Assembly (NCBI GenBank): GCA_937867625.1
Contig: CALMKR010000218.1
Coordinates: 1-39,622, forward strand
Direction: 5' to 3'
Source of the DNA: an uncultured bacterium
GTDB taxonomy: Bacteria; Patescibacteriota; Minisyncoccia; Phycocordibacterales; UBA918
DNA: 39,622 bases
The number at the start of each line of letters is the position of its first letter. Within the stretch, counting starts at the first letter, position 1. The position numbers and the translations under genes are program-made. A model generated the notes under the pieces. The model was not told the DNA's origin. It did not search any database and saw only the letters and a list, made by a program, of their open reading frames with translations. Shown here piece by piece: positions 26,108 to 34,870 of this stretch.

Positions 26108-27573
26108 GTACCAATGTAGGCTCGATTCATTATGACTTAGACCTCGATACTAAGAAGTTTGATAACGCTGTTAATGGATTAAACAATAAACTTAAATCTG
26201 TTGGTTCAGGTATGCAAGACGTTGGTAAGAAAATGTCTATGTTTGTTACCTTGCCAGTAGTTGCAGGCTTTGGTCTTGCGGTTAAAGCTGCGTCTGATTT
26301 TAATGAAACAATAAACAAAGTAGATGTAGCATTTAAAGAACAATCTAAAACTGTTAAAGACTGGTCAAAAACTTCACTTAAAAGTATGGGTCTTGCACAA
26401 GGTTCAGCGTTAGAAGCTGCTGCATTGTTTGGCGATATGTCTACAGCGATGGGGCTGAATACTAAAGAAGCTGCGGATATGTCTATGTCGCTTGTTCAGT
26501 TAGGTGCTGACTTATCTTCGTTTAAAAACATAAATATAGAACAGGCTCAAACTGCACTTGCCGGTATCTATACAGGTGAAACCGAAAGTTTAAAGAAGCT
26601 CGGTATTATTATGACCGAGACTAACCTACTTGAGTTTGCTCGTAAGCAAGGTATTACAAAAACAATTCAGGAAATGACTCAAGCTGAAAAAGTACAGCTA
26701 CGTTATGCGTATGTTATGAGTGTTACAAAAAATGCACAGGGTGACTTTGCAAGAACATCTGGTGGTGCTGCAAACCAAATGCGTATGACATCTGAACGTG
26801 TAAAACAACTATCTGCTGATATAGGGCAAAAACTTTTACCAATAGCTATGCAGCTTCTTGGTTGGGCTAACATGATACTAACTAAGTTCCAGCAATTAAG
26901 TCCACAGCAACAAGACATGATTCTTAAAATGTTAATGATAGCTGCGGTTATTGGTCCTCTTATTTGGATACTAGGAACGCTTGCAACTTCTATATCTGCA
27001 ATTATAGGATTGTTTGGTGCTACTTCTACTGCAATAGGAGTTGCCGGTACTGCGTTTAAAGGATTTGCTGCGTTACTTAATGTACCATTAGTTATGCCAG
27101 CGATCGTAGTTGCTGCTGCTTTGGCTTCGTTGTATGCAGTTTACCAAGCACTAGAAAGTATTAGGGGAGCTATAGACGCTGTTAATTCATCTGCTAAAGC
27201 TGCTGCGTCTGCTAACAAGTCTAATGATGCAGTATTAGCTAACTTAAATAACCTTGTTAAAAATGGAACACCTGAACAAAAAGCCAGAGCTAAAAAGACA
27301 CTTGCTGATATGGCTCGAACTGGTGGATTTGCTAGAGGTACAGCCTATGCTCCGGGTGGTATGGCTTTAGTTGGTGAGCGTGGTCCTGAATTAGTCAATC
27401 TACCAAGAGGCGCACAAGTACATACAAATCAAGAGTCTAAGCGAATGATGGGTAGTAGCGAAAGTATTACAATCAATATTGGAAGTGTTCAGAATCAATC
27501 AGACGCAGATTATATATTAAGAAGATTAAACCGAGATATGAAACGTGTTAATCTAGGAGTGAGTCCAGCATAA
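26104..27573 (+). CDS. tail tape measure protein
   Basis: Core ...LGADLSSFKNINIEQAQTALAGIYTGETESLKKLGIIMTE..., hydrophobic central segments, and C-terminal GGMALVGERGPELVNLPRGAQV motif. Confidence 0.85.
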   Translation: MSTNVGSIHYDLDLDTKKFDNAVNGLNNKLKSVGSGMQDVGKKMSMFVTLPVVAGFGLAVKAASDFNETINKVDVAFKEQSKTVKDWSKTSLKSMGLAQGSALEAAALFGDMSTAMGLNTKEAADMSMSLVQLGADLSSFKNINIEQAQTALAGIYTGETESLKKLGIIMTETNLLEFARKQGITKTIQEMTQAEKVQLRYAYVMSVTKNAQGDFARTSGGAANQMRMTSERVKQLSADIGQKLLPIAMQLLGWANMILTKFQQLSPQQQDMILKMLMIAAVIGPLIWILGTLATSISAIIGLFGATSTAIGVAGTAFKGFAALLNVPLVMPAIVVAAALASLYAVYQALESIRGAIDAVNSSAKAAASANKSNDAVLANLNNLVKNGTPEQKARAKKTLADMARTGGFARGTAYAPGGMALVGERGPELVNLPRGAQVHTNQESKRMMGSSESITINIGSVQNQSDADYILRRLNRDMKRVNLGVSPA

Positions 27574-28355
27574 TGCCACAAATTATAAATCCAGTTACAT
27601 TTAATGGAACAAGCCTGACATCAATCACAGGCGTTACCGTACTGTCTACTAACCCATATTTAATACCGAAACGAAATGTAACGTTTGGTCAAATAACCAG
27701 AACAAACAAATCTAAAGTAAACTCCGGCTTTTATAGCGATAGAAACATCATAGTCAAAGTTGGAATCAGCATGCCGACTCGTGAGTTAATGCAGCAATCA
27801 TTAGATAGCCTTATGACGATTCTACAGCCTCTTGACAAGGAATTAATACTAAATCAGGGAAGTACAACCAGAAAGTACTATGCAACGCTTATAGACGCTC
27901 CTGCGAGCGTAGAAAACAACTCATACCAAGAACTTGATTTAACCTTTTACTGTAGCGATCGGTTTGGATACGACACGACTGCTTCTAACTTAAAGTCTAT
28001 ACCTGTTACTACGACCTCAACTTTAAACTACGTTATAGCGTTTAGTGGAAGTGCTGAATGGCAAGTACCTGTTATAACGCTAAACTATTCAGTCATCACA
28101 GGTGGTACATCTAAGAGTGTACTTATGGGTAATAACTCTGTTGGTCAAGCTGTTACGGTGAATAGAACATGGTCTGCAAGTGATTCACTTGTCGTAGATT
28201 CGTTTAACAAAACAGTCAAGGTCAATGGTGTAGATGTTGTATATACCGGAGCAATACCAGAATTTAAAGTTGGTAATCAGACTTGGTATTATGCAGATGA
28301 GTTCACAACTCGCTCGTTTACTGGTTCGATAACATGCGTGAGTAGGTATGTATGA
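27573..28355 (+). CDS. distal tail protein (Dit)
   Basis: Position after the tape measure. N-terminal FNGTSL...GVTVLS...PKRNVTF pattern. Confidence 0.6.
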   Translation: MPQIINPVTFNGTSLTSITGVTVLSTNPYLIPKRNVTFGQITRTNKSKVNSGFYSDRNIIVKVGISMPTRELMQQSLDSLMTILQPLDKELILNQGSTTRKYYATLIDAPASVENNSYQELDLTFYCSDRFGYDTTASNLKSIPVTTTSTLNYVIAFSGSAEWQVPVITLNYSVITGGTSKSVLMGNNSVGQAVTVNRTWSASDSLVVDSFNKTVKVNGVDVVYTGAIPEFKVGNQTWYYADEFTTRSFTGSITCVSRYV

Positions 28356-30058
28356 TATTAGAACGCAAACATGTTTATAAGATATACCGAGATAGTACTT
28401 ATCTTGGAACACTACCGTATGTCATAAGTGAGTTTAATTATTCGCAAGATATAAACACAGGAAGTGCAGAAACTACTATAGAAGTAGTACAGGGACTAGA
28501 TACTGCGCATGAAGATGTGGTAGACATCGAAACAGAAGCAGGTGAAACACTTACAACTGAACTCGGTGAAGTGATTACGACAGAGCGTAGCTTTGAAGAT
28601 ATAGGTAATAAAGATTCAGGACGTTTAATTGCCAGTGGAAATGATGTAGAAATATTTGAGTATTCAGATGATAACCCAAACGGTGTACTAGTATTCAGTG
28701 GGTATATATCAGGGTGGAGCAACAAAGTTGGTGAAGAAGATAGAACAACTATCACCGTTATATCTCATGGTAAAGATTTAGATGATTATGTGTATGGTAA
28801 CTCAGCTTTTACATTACAAAAATCGCAAACAAATGGAAGTGATTGGTTTCCTCTTGGTAGAGCTGACCAAATATCTAGTTCAATGTATTCAGTTGGACAG
28901 TCTATATCAGGAGAAGCATTTTCATTATCTAAAATTACATTATACTTAATGGCAGGAAATAGATATTTAGGAATCTACCCATCAAGCGTAACAGTCACAT
29001 TAAAGTTATATATAGGACCGATAACAGGTGGAGCTGCTTTTACACCTGCAACTTTGTTAGATACTGTAAATGTTATAATAACTAACAATTCTTATCAAGA
29101 AATTGGATTTGTTTTAAATAATGAGATTACACTTTCTTCATCATCTACATATTATTGGTTACTGTACGCTACTGATTTAATGGAAGTTGGTACAAGTCCT
29201 ACAGAAACTTCATCAGGTAATTATCTCTTAATTAACCCAAATGTAACAACTTATGCAGCTAGTACCGATGGTGCTGATTGTTATTTCAAACTATATTCTG
29301 GAGCAATACTTACGGACGCTGAATTTACTTCAACTGACCCTAGCGAAATGATTACCGAAGCACTTACCTACGGTGGACGAGTAACTGAGGGTGATGTAGA
29401 CCTTACTGGATTATCGCTTACATATACATTTCGACTTGCTACGGTGCTAGAGATAATAAACAAGTGTTTAGAACTTGCACCTAGTGGTTGGTATTGGACG
29501 GTAGACCCTGCTACACAACAATTAACATTTAAAGAAACATCTGCGTCACCGACTCATTACTTTACGTTACACAAACATCTTGAAAGTATTGAGGTACACT
29601 CGACCATTGAAAATATAAAGAACGTGGTGTACTTTTCTGGTGGACCGACTGCTGGAGTAAACCTACTCAAACTGTATACCGATACAGCTTCACTGGCGAT
29701 AAACAAACGTGGACTAAAACGACTATCGGATAACCGTGTAACATTAGCTGCAACTGCACAAACTCTATCTGAAAACTTGATGGAAGAATATTCTGACGAA
29801 GAATTTTCTAGTGAGATTACTATACTTGGAGAAACTTATGACATTGATTCTATACACCTCGGAGATACCGTAGGCTTCCGTTCGTTTGGAAGCTTTATAG
29901 ATAACCTTGTATTACAGGTTAGAAGCATTACCAGAGGTACGGATTACGTTCGTTTAGTTATAGGAAAACTACCGCTTAAATCAAGTACCTATGTTGATGA
30001 TTTAAAACGCTCACTTGAAAACGAGCAAACATTAGATAACCCTAATACACCGAGTTAA
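28352..30058 (+). CDS. tail-associated protein (Tal / baseplate hub)
   Basis: 568 aa, follows Dit, ATGA-coupled. Confidence 0.55.
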   Translation: MILERKHVYKIYRDSTYLGTLPYVISEFNYSQDINTGSAETTIEVVQGLDTAHEDVVDIETEAGETLTTELGEVITTERSFEDIGNKDSGRLIASGNDVEIFEYSDDNPNGVLVFSGYISGWSNKVGEEDRTTITVISHGKDLDDYVYGNSAFTLQKSQTNGSDWFPLGRADQISSSMYSVGQSISGEAFSLSKITLYLMAGNRYLGIYPSSVTVTLKLYIGPITGGAAFTPATLLDTVNVIITNNSYQEIGFVLNNEITLSSSSTYYWLLYATDLMEVGTSPTETSSGNYLLINPNVTTYAASTDGADCYFKLYSGAILTDAEFTSTDPSEMITEALTYGGRVTEGDVDLTGLSLTYTFRLATVLEIINKCLELAPSGWYWTVDPATQQLTFKETSASPTHYFTLHKHLESIEVHSTIENIKNVVYFSGGPTAGVNLLKLYTDTASLAINKRGLKRLSDNRVTLAATAQTLSENLMEEYSDEEFSSEITILGETYDIDSIHLGDTVGFRSFGSFIDNLVLQVRSITRGTDYVRLVIGKLPLKSSTYVDDLKRSLENEQTLDNPNTPS

Positions 30059-30060
30059 TC

Positions 30061-30588
30061 ATGGTTAAAATATCTGCACTACCACTCGACAGCACTCCAG
30101 ATTCAACAGACTATATTATAGTTAATGACACTACTTCAAGTAATACTAAAAAAGTTCTACTTTCTGCTTTAAATACTACTAAGCTTACTACTATATTTAA
30201 TGAAACTGCCGGTATTGTAGGAGTATGGACAAATGCTACAACTACCTTTTCTGATGTCACTAACTGGACTGGCGGTAGTATTACTACAACGGGTGGCGAT
30301 GTTATATTTCATATTGAACTAAGCTATTGGAAGGGCGCACCATCTGCTGGTCAAGCAGATTTTAGGTTAGTGCTAAACACTACAAACTATTACCCATCTT
30401 CTGCCGGGTGGAGAGTATACACTAATGAAACTGCTAGTCATAAATATAGTGGAAGAACAATATTAGTTTCAGGTTTAGCAGCAGGAACGTACACTGTAAA
30501 AATACAGGGTGCAAATGCAAGTGGCACAGATCTTAAAGTAGACAGTGGTGACTATCTTAGAATAACTGCAGTGGAGTATATAATATGA
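30061..30588 (+). CDS. fibre/receptor-binding protein paralog 1
   Basis: N-terminus MVKISALPLDSTPDSTDYIIV..TKKVLLSAL is shared with the next two genes. Beta-sandwich-like C-terminus. Confidence 0.5.
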   Translation: MVKISALPLDSTPDSTDYIIVNDTTSSNTKKVLLSALNTTKLTTIFNETAGIVGVWTNATTTFSDVTNWTGGSITTTGGDVIFHIELSYWKGAPSAGQADFRLVLNTTNYYPSSAGWRVYTNETASHKYSGRTILVSGLAAGTYTVKIQGANASGTDLKVDSGDYLRITAVEYII

Positions 30589-31163
30589 CCAAAATAACTG
30601 CATTACCATTAGATTCAGCGCCAACGGGAGCTGATTATGTACCTACTGTAGACGTTACTGATACAACTACTAAAAAAGTAACAATATCAGATTTACTTTT
30701 AGTAGACAGAGCGCACCGTAGCGGATTACTTTTTAACTTAGATAGTGGTGTGGTGTTTAGTAACACACAAATTACTTGTGCTTACGATACAGTATACTCT
30801 GGTGAATACGGATTGACTGCTACGACTGGTGCTAGTTCTAAAATAACGGTGGCTAGAAGTGGGTTATACCTTATAAACATGCATTTTAGATGTATTGATG
30901 TTACTGCAACAGCTTTTATAACATGGATATGTCATAATCGAAGTGGAACAGTAAATACTATTCGCAGACCTGATCAAAGTATTGCTGTTGGTTTAGGAGA
31001 TAATTGGAGTTTCACATTACCGTTAGTAGCAGGAGATTTTATATATCAGCAAGTATATAACGGTAGTGGTGCTACACGTTTTGGTCATGCTAACGCTGCA
31101 ACACAAGCGTCTGAAACAGTCAGAATTATGGGTATGAGTTTAATGATGACTGAAATACGATGA
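30585..31163 (+). CDS. fibre/receptor-binding protein paralog 2 (C1q/TNF-like C-terminus)
   Basis: MTKITALPLDSAPTGADYVP..TKKVTISDL. C-terminus ITVARSGLYLINMHF...LVAGDFIYQQVY. Confidence 0.5.
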   Translation: MTKITALPLDSAPTGADYVPTVDVTDTTTKKVTISDLLLVDRAHRSGLLFNLDSGVVFSNTQITCAYDTVYSGEYGLTATTGASSKITVARSGLYLINMHFRCIDVTATAFITWICHNRSGTVNTIRRPDQSIAVGLGDNWSFTLPLVAGDFIYQQVYNGSGATRFGHANAATQASETVRIMGMSLMMTEIR

Positions 31164-31708
31164 CTAAAATATCTAACTTACCACAAGACACCTCACCGAC
31201 TGGTGATGACTTTATTCCCAGTTTAGATACAACGAATGGTCAAACTCGTAAAGTCTTATTGAGTGACATAGGGGAGTACATAGGAAGCTACCCTCAAAAT
31301 CCGTATAAGTTTGCTGCATGGCGGAGTACTGCTTTAACTCCTAATGGTGCATACGTCACATTTAATGCAGAACTTTTTGATACAAACAATAATTACGATA
31401 CATCAAATGGAAAGTATACTGTACCCGTTACCGGCTACTATCAGATAAATGCATGGATTGCTTACAATGTAACTGCTGCACCACAAGACCCGGCTATCAT
31501 GTTAAAGAAAAATAATGCAACAGATTTAGCATATGGACACTTTGTGAATATGTACAGTGGAGCTTCTAACGGAAGCGTATCAATATCTACTCTTGTTTAT
31601 CTAACAGCAGGAGATTATATACAAGTGCAGGGAGTTTCAAACTTAGCTATGGTTGTAACAACACAAGCACAAAATCAATTTAATGGGTTCTTAGTGAGTG
31701 CAACGTAA
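31160..31708 (+). CDS. fibre/receptor-binding protein paralog 3 (C1q/TNF-like C-terminus)
   Basis: MTKISNLPQDTSPTGDDFIP..TRKVLLSDI. C-terminus FAAWRS...VTFNAELFDTNNNYDTSNGKYTVPVTGYYQINAW...LTAGDYIQVQG...FNGFLV matches the gC1q pattern. Confidence 0.55.
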   Translation: MTKISNLPQDTSPTGDDFIPSLDTTNGQTRKVLLSDIGEYIGSYPQNPYKFAAWRSTALTPNGAYVTFNAELFDTNNNYDTSNGKYTVPVTGYYQINAWIAYNVTAAPQDPAIMLKKNNATDLAYGHFVNMYSGASNGSVSISTLVYLTAGDYIQVQGVSNLAMVVTTQAQNQFNGFLVSAT

Positions 31709-31734
31709 TATGTTATGCTTAAAAGAGAACTACA

Positions 31735-31983
31735 ATGGCTAAACCAACATTAGACTCAGCTCTACAGAAGATAGACACCATCATTCAAGAAGTGGCTGAG
31801 TTAAAGGACAATAAAGCCGACAAAGAAGTTATTGTATTGGAACTTCAAGCTATTCGTAAAGATATTACAAACGTACAAGTAGAACAAGCCAGAGTCAATG
31901 GGTATGGACGGTGGGTTATTTTAATCATCGCAGGTGCTTTGATTACTGCTTTTCTTAATATCGTTATAAGGAATCAGCCATGA
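31735..31983 (+). CDS. XhlA-like membrane protein (lysis accessory)
   Basis: Coiled N-terminus plus C-terminal TM segment WVILIIAGALITAFLNIVI. Adjacent to the endolysin. Confidence 0.5.
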   Translation: MAKPTLDSALQKIDTIIQEVAELKDNKADKEVIVLELQAIRKDITNVQVEQARVNGYGRWVILIIAGALITAFLNIVIRNQP

Positions 31984-32432
31984 CACATAGGAAGAAAGCT
32001 ATGCTCACCGCTTGGCATGTATTTGTTGTAGCTACTTTGATGGCTTCGGGATTATTCGTGGGTATTATATTCTACTGGACTGTACAGCCGTTTGGAAAAG
32101 AAGTAGTAGAGTTCCCGATGGGACTTACTATAGTAAATGAAACAGTTAAGCATGGCGAATCAGTCATGATAAAAGCTCCGTATTGTAAGAACGTCAAAAC
32201 AGAGGCAACTATTCTAACTCGCTCATTCCAAGACCAGATTACCTACTACATACCTGTACAAGAAAGTAACGTACCAGTCGGGTGCAACCTTAACTACACA
32301 AGTGTTATAGAAATACCTAAAAACTTACCACCGGATACTTATACATATAATTTGAATTTTACCTATCGAGTAAACCCCATTAAAACAGTGGAATACTCGT
32401 TTGAATCAACTAAGTTCGTAGTGGAGAAATAA
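31980..32432 (+). CDS. membrane-anchored protein of unknown function
   Basis: N-terminal TM segment VFVVATLMASGLFVGIIFYW. Confidence 0.4.
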   Translation: MTHRKKAMLTAWHVFVVATLMASGLFVGIIFYWTVQPFGKEVVEFPMGLTIVNETVKHGESVMIKAPYCKNVKTEATILTRSFQDQITYYIPVQESNVPVGCNLNYTSVIEIPKNLPPDTYTYNLNFTYRVNPIKTVEYSFESTKFVVEK

Positions 32433-32433
32433 C

Positions 32434-33108
32434 ATGGCATATCAAGATTTTAAGAACAGATGGTTAGGACGAAGAATCGACTATGACCATGTGTACGCAT
32501 ATCAATGTGTCGATCTTATACTTATATATATCAAAGAGGAATTTGGACTCGCTACCGGAGTATGGGGTAATGCAATAGATTATTGGAACAGACCAAGTGC
32601 ACCGCTTCTAGGAAAATTTAACTTAGTGGCCGGCAGTAATGCTCAACAGGGTGACATTGTAGTGCTTAATGGACTTGCCGGTAATCCTTATGGACATATT
32701 GGTATCTGTGAATCGGTTACTGCTACCACTGTTAATATACTAGAACAAAATGGTGCTGGTTCAGGCACAGGTACAGGGCGTGACGCTATTCAAGTTCGTG
32801 GAATCCCTAAAAGCCGAGTAGCCGGTTTACTTCGACCAAAACCTGCAACACCGCCACCGCCACCACCACCGGCTGCACGTTCAACTGTTTTCTTACCAGG
32901 AAATGTACAATCATGGAGACTCTACCGAGTCGGCAGCTATTTGCGACCTAATACAAGCGACCAAATCGCTACACTCGCACCTGCTCAATTCGGTGGATTA
33001 ACGTATAAGATTGAGGCATGGGTAGGAGACTATGCAGTAGTAATACAAACTCAGATGTTTGGCCGTGGGGTTATCTGGGTAAAAGGAACGGAGGCACAAA
33101 TAAGATGA
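32434..33108 (+). CDS. endolysin: CHAP domain, poly-Pro linker, SH3b-like cell-wall binding domain
   Basis: Catalytic Cys in YAYQCVDLI, His in NPYGHIGICE, linker KPATPPPPPPPAA. Confidence 0.8.
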   Translation: MAYQDFKNRWLGRRIDYDHVYAYQCVDLILIYIKEEFGLATGVWGNAIDYWNRPSAPLLGKFNLVAGSNAQQGDIVVLNGLAGNPYGHIGICESVTATTVNILEQNGAGSGTGTGRDAIQVRGIPKSRVAGLLRPKPATPPPPPPPAARSTVFLPGNVQSWRLYRVGSYLRPNTSDQIATLAPAQFGGLTYKIEAWVGDYAVVIQTQMFGRGVIWVKGTEAQIR

Positions 33109-33203
33109 GTAAAGACATTCAAGACAAGCGTGGTAAGCGACGCAACACCACATGGGCTAAAGTTAAACGTTGGCTAAAAAGAAATAAGAAAGAACTGAAA
33201 TGA
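33105..33203 (+). CDS. possible highly basic peptide (32 aa)
   Basis: ATGA overlap with the endolysin stop. Translates to MSKDIQDKRGKRRNTTWAKVKRWLKRNKKELK. Confidence 0.25.
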   Translation: MSKDIQDKRGKRRNTTWAKVKRWLKRNKKELK

Positions 33204-33268
33204 ATACATCAACAATCTTGATCGGTGCATTGTTTATTATTTTAATTGTAATTATCGCAAGGAGATAA
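33200..33268 (+). CDS. possible single-TM micro-protein (22 aa)
   Basis: ATGA overlap. Translates to MNTSTILIGALFIILIVIIARR. Confidence 0.25.
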   Translation: MNTSTILIGALFIILIVIIARR

Positions 33269-33270
33269 TC

Positions 33271-33483
33271 ATGCGTTTACCTAAAGTAGATTCAGCAACA
33301 TATAGAGGAATCGTAACAGCATTACAGGCGTTCGTTGGACTAGTAGTCGCAGCTATCGCAATTCCAGAGTTCAGACAGTTAGTATTAGATTTCTACCCAT
33401 CAGCACTTCCGTACATTGTTACTGGTGCAGGTATGGCTTCATTCATACTCAATTTCTTCCGACCTAATGTAAAAAATTACTAA
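33271..33483 (+). CDS. holin (two TM segments)
   Basis: AGGAGATAATC-ATG RBS. TM segments GIVTALQAFVGLVVAAIAI and YIVTGAGMASFILNFF. Confidence 0.6.
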   Translation: MRLPKVDSATYRGIVTALQAFVGLVVAAIAIPEFRQLVLDFYPSALPYIVTGAGMASFILNFFRPNVKNY

Positions 33484-33713
33484 TGAGCCACCGAGTAGAC
33501 CACTGGCATGAAGCGTTAGTAGAGCATTTAACGAACAGGGAGTGGTCAGAAAGCCAAATAGAAGCGTTGAGTCATGATATAGGGCGTTCAGCTTTAATGT
33601 CGCATGAGGGCGTTCTACGAGTGTTAGAAGTGCAACAACAAGTTGATGAGCAGATAGCTGCTGAAAAAGAACATGACAGATGGGCTATAGCTAGAGAAAT
33701 AGGCGAGTTGTAA
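33483..33713 (+). CDS. hypothetical protein
   Basis: TAATG-coupled ORF. Confidence 0.4.
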   Translation: MSHRVDHWHEALVEHLTNREWSESQIEALSHDIGRSALMSHEGVLRVLEVQQQVDEQIAAEKEHDRWAIAREIGEL

Positions 33714-34060
33714 TGAGTGAGCGTGGCGAGCCTGTCATGCACAACAACCACCATGTATTCTTCGAGCGTAAAAACTACAAATCTCCTATAGAACGCAGAG
33801 TGCGTAATATGGGAGCTTTTGTTTTAAAAGTAAACGCTGTTGATCACCAAGAGCTACATGCTAACGTACCACCACCACCAATGCTTCAAAGCGAACAGCT
33901 ACATGACCTACACCAGTTTATGCAAGAGCATAACTACGACATAGAGGGACTCGATGGTTTGATGTGGGGTATTGTATGGGCTAATGACAGACGGTTATAT
34001 AATGTAGAGGAAAATCTCGACCAACAATATTTTTATGCATCAGGAGACTATAGACGATGA
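33713..34060 (+). CDS. hypothetical His-rich protein
   Basis: TAATG-coupled ORF. Contains HNNHHVFFERKNY...VDHQELH. Confidence 0.4.
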   Translation: MSERGEPVMHNNHHVFFERKNYKSPIERRVRNMGAFVLKVNAVDHQELHANVPPPPMLQSEQLHDLHQFMQEHNYDIEGLDGLMWGIVWANDRRLYNVEENLDQQYFYASGDYRR

Positions 34061-34233
34061 GTGAATTTAACAGAGAACTATTCCAAGCAGAAGCCGAGCT
34101 ACAACAAAACCAGAATCAATTAAATGATGTACGAGATGCTATGGCTGCAGCTACGAGAGAGTGGGACGCTTTACAATTAGAACGAACAAGTATCATAGCT
34201 AGACTGGTAGAACTGAGACACGTTGATGAATGA
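34057..34233 (+). CDS. hypothetical coiled-coil protein (58 aa)
   Basis: ATGA overlap with the upstream stop. Not in the track (under 60 aa). Confidence 0.35.
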   Translation: MSEFNRELFQAEAELQQNQNQLNDVRDAMAAATREWDALQLERTSIIARLVELRHVDE

Positions 34234-34672
34234 ACAAGAGCCTCAGAACTGGCATTTAACGTGGGAGTATGACGAGTCTGGGGAGTTCGTTATGTTTAGA
34301 AAAGATGGTCGTGAGTACAAGATGAACGAAGACGATACTGGAATATTTACTTTCTCGCACCAACCAGAAGCAGACCACATATATTACTGCAATACTGACG
34401 GTGATGAGATGGTAGAAGATTACACGTTTCGATCGGAAATAGACGATAAACTTGGTGATGGAGTGTTTGACTTTATATGTAGAGAGTTCTTAGAACATGG
34501 CTTTGCGTGGGAAGTAGCACAGCACCCAAGCGAGATAGATATACTAGAGTACTATCACCGGTTTAATTTGATACCAAAGATAGTTGATCCGTATGAAGTC
34601 ATAGCCTTAGATGCTCTTAAAAACTTCGATAAGGAATGGGATTACTACCAAGACGAAGATGGTTGGCACTAA
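34226..34672 (+). CDS. highly acidic hypothetical protein
   Basis: Start at ATG 34226 (the track used TTG 34223). Rich in D/E throughout. Confidence 0.5.
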   Translation: MNEQEPQNWHLTWEYDESGEFVMFRKDGREYKMNEDDTGIFTFSHQPEADHIYYCNTDGDEMVEDYTFRSEIDDKLGDGVFDFICREFLEHGFAWEVAQHPSEIDILEYYHRFNLIPKIVDPYEVIALDALKNFDKEWDYYQDEDGWH

Positions 34673-34676
34673 AGAT

Positions 34677-34704
34677 TTGATTTATAAACTTTGTTATGTA
34701 TAAT
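34677..34704 (+). promoter_or_regulatory. sigma-A-like promoter
   Basis: TTGATT (34677-34682), 16-nt spacer, TATAAT (34699-34704). Confidence 0.55.
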
Positions 34705-34716
34705 ACAGATAACTAT

Positions 34717-34728
34717 TGTCTAAGAGAT
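34717..34728 (+). repeat. 12-mer TGTCTAAGAGAT, copy 1 (copy 2 at 34825..34836)
   Basis: Exact direct repeat 108 nt apart. Each copy lies just downstream of a -10 element. Confidence 0.8.
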
Positions 34729-34793
34729 TAAGACACTAGCCAGTATGAGGGTATACTAGTTACTCTTTTATGCAATCAATTTAAATAAGCGGT

Positions 34794-34823
34794 AAAAGAA
34801 AAACCCCACATGTAGCGTGGGGG
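34794..34823 (-). terminator. minus-strand intrinsic terminator
   Basis: The reverse complement reads ccccac-gctacat-gtgggg followed by tttttctttt. On the + strand the hairpin has no T-tract. Confidence 0.5.
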
Positions 34824-34836
34824 GTGTCTAAGAGAT
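34794..34836 (-). ncRNA. candidate very short antisense transcript (about 40-45 nt)
   Basis: Bounded by the minus-strand promoter (34843-34870) and the minus-strand terminator. Confidence 0.3.
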
Positions 34837-34842
34837 ACCCTA

Positions 34843-34870
34843 ATTTTACCACGCTGACTAGGAGTGTCAA
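34843..34870 (-). promoter_or_regulatory. minus-strand sigma-A promoter with extended -10
   Basis: The reverse complement reads TTGACA (34870-34865), 16-nt spacer ending TGg, TAAAAT (34848-34843). It overlaps the RBS region of the + strand ORF starting at 34871. Confidence 0.5.

Noticed and set aside
31711-31723. TGTTATGCTTAAA as a promoter for the lysis cassette.
   Set aside because: The predicted start would leave a leader of only about 9 nt without a clear RBS before ATG 31735. It is noted only as a motif shared with 36473-36485, not called as a feature.
32851-32871. CCG/CCA-rich low-complexity DNA (ccgccaccgccaccaccaccg).
   Set aside because: It encodes the poly-proline linker of the endolysin (PPPPPPP). 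It is not an independent DNA repeat or regulatory element.
33483-34672. Post-lysis gene block considered as a lysogeny or moron module (integrase, repressor or toxin).
   Set aside because: No tyrosine or serine recombinase motifs and no HTH repressor pattern are recognisable. The genes are co-oriented and coupled like ordinary small phage ORFs.
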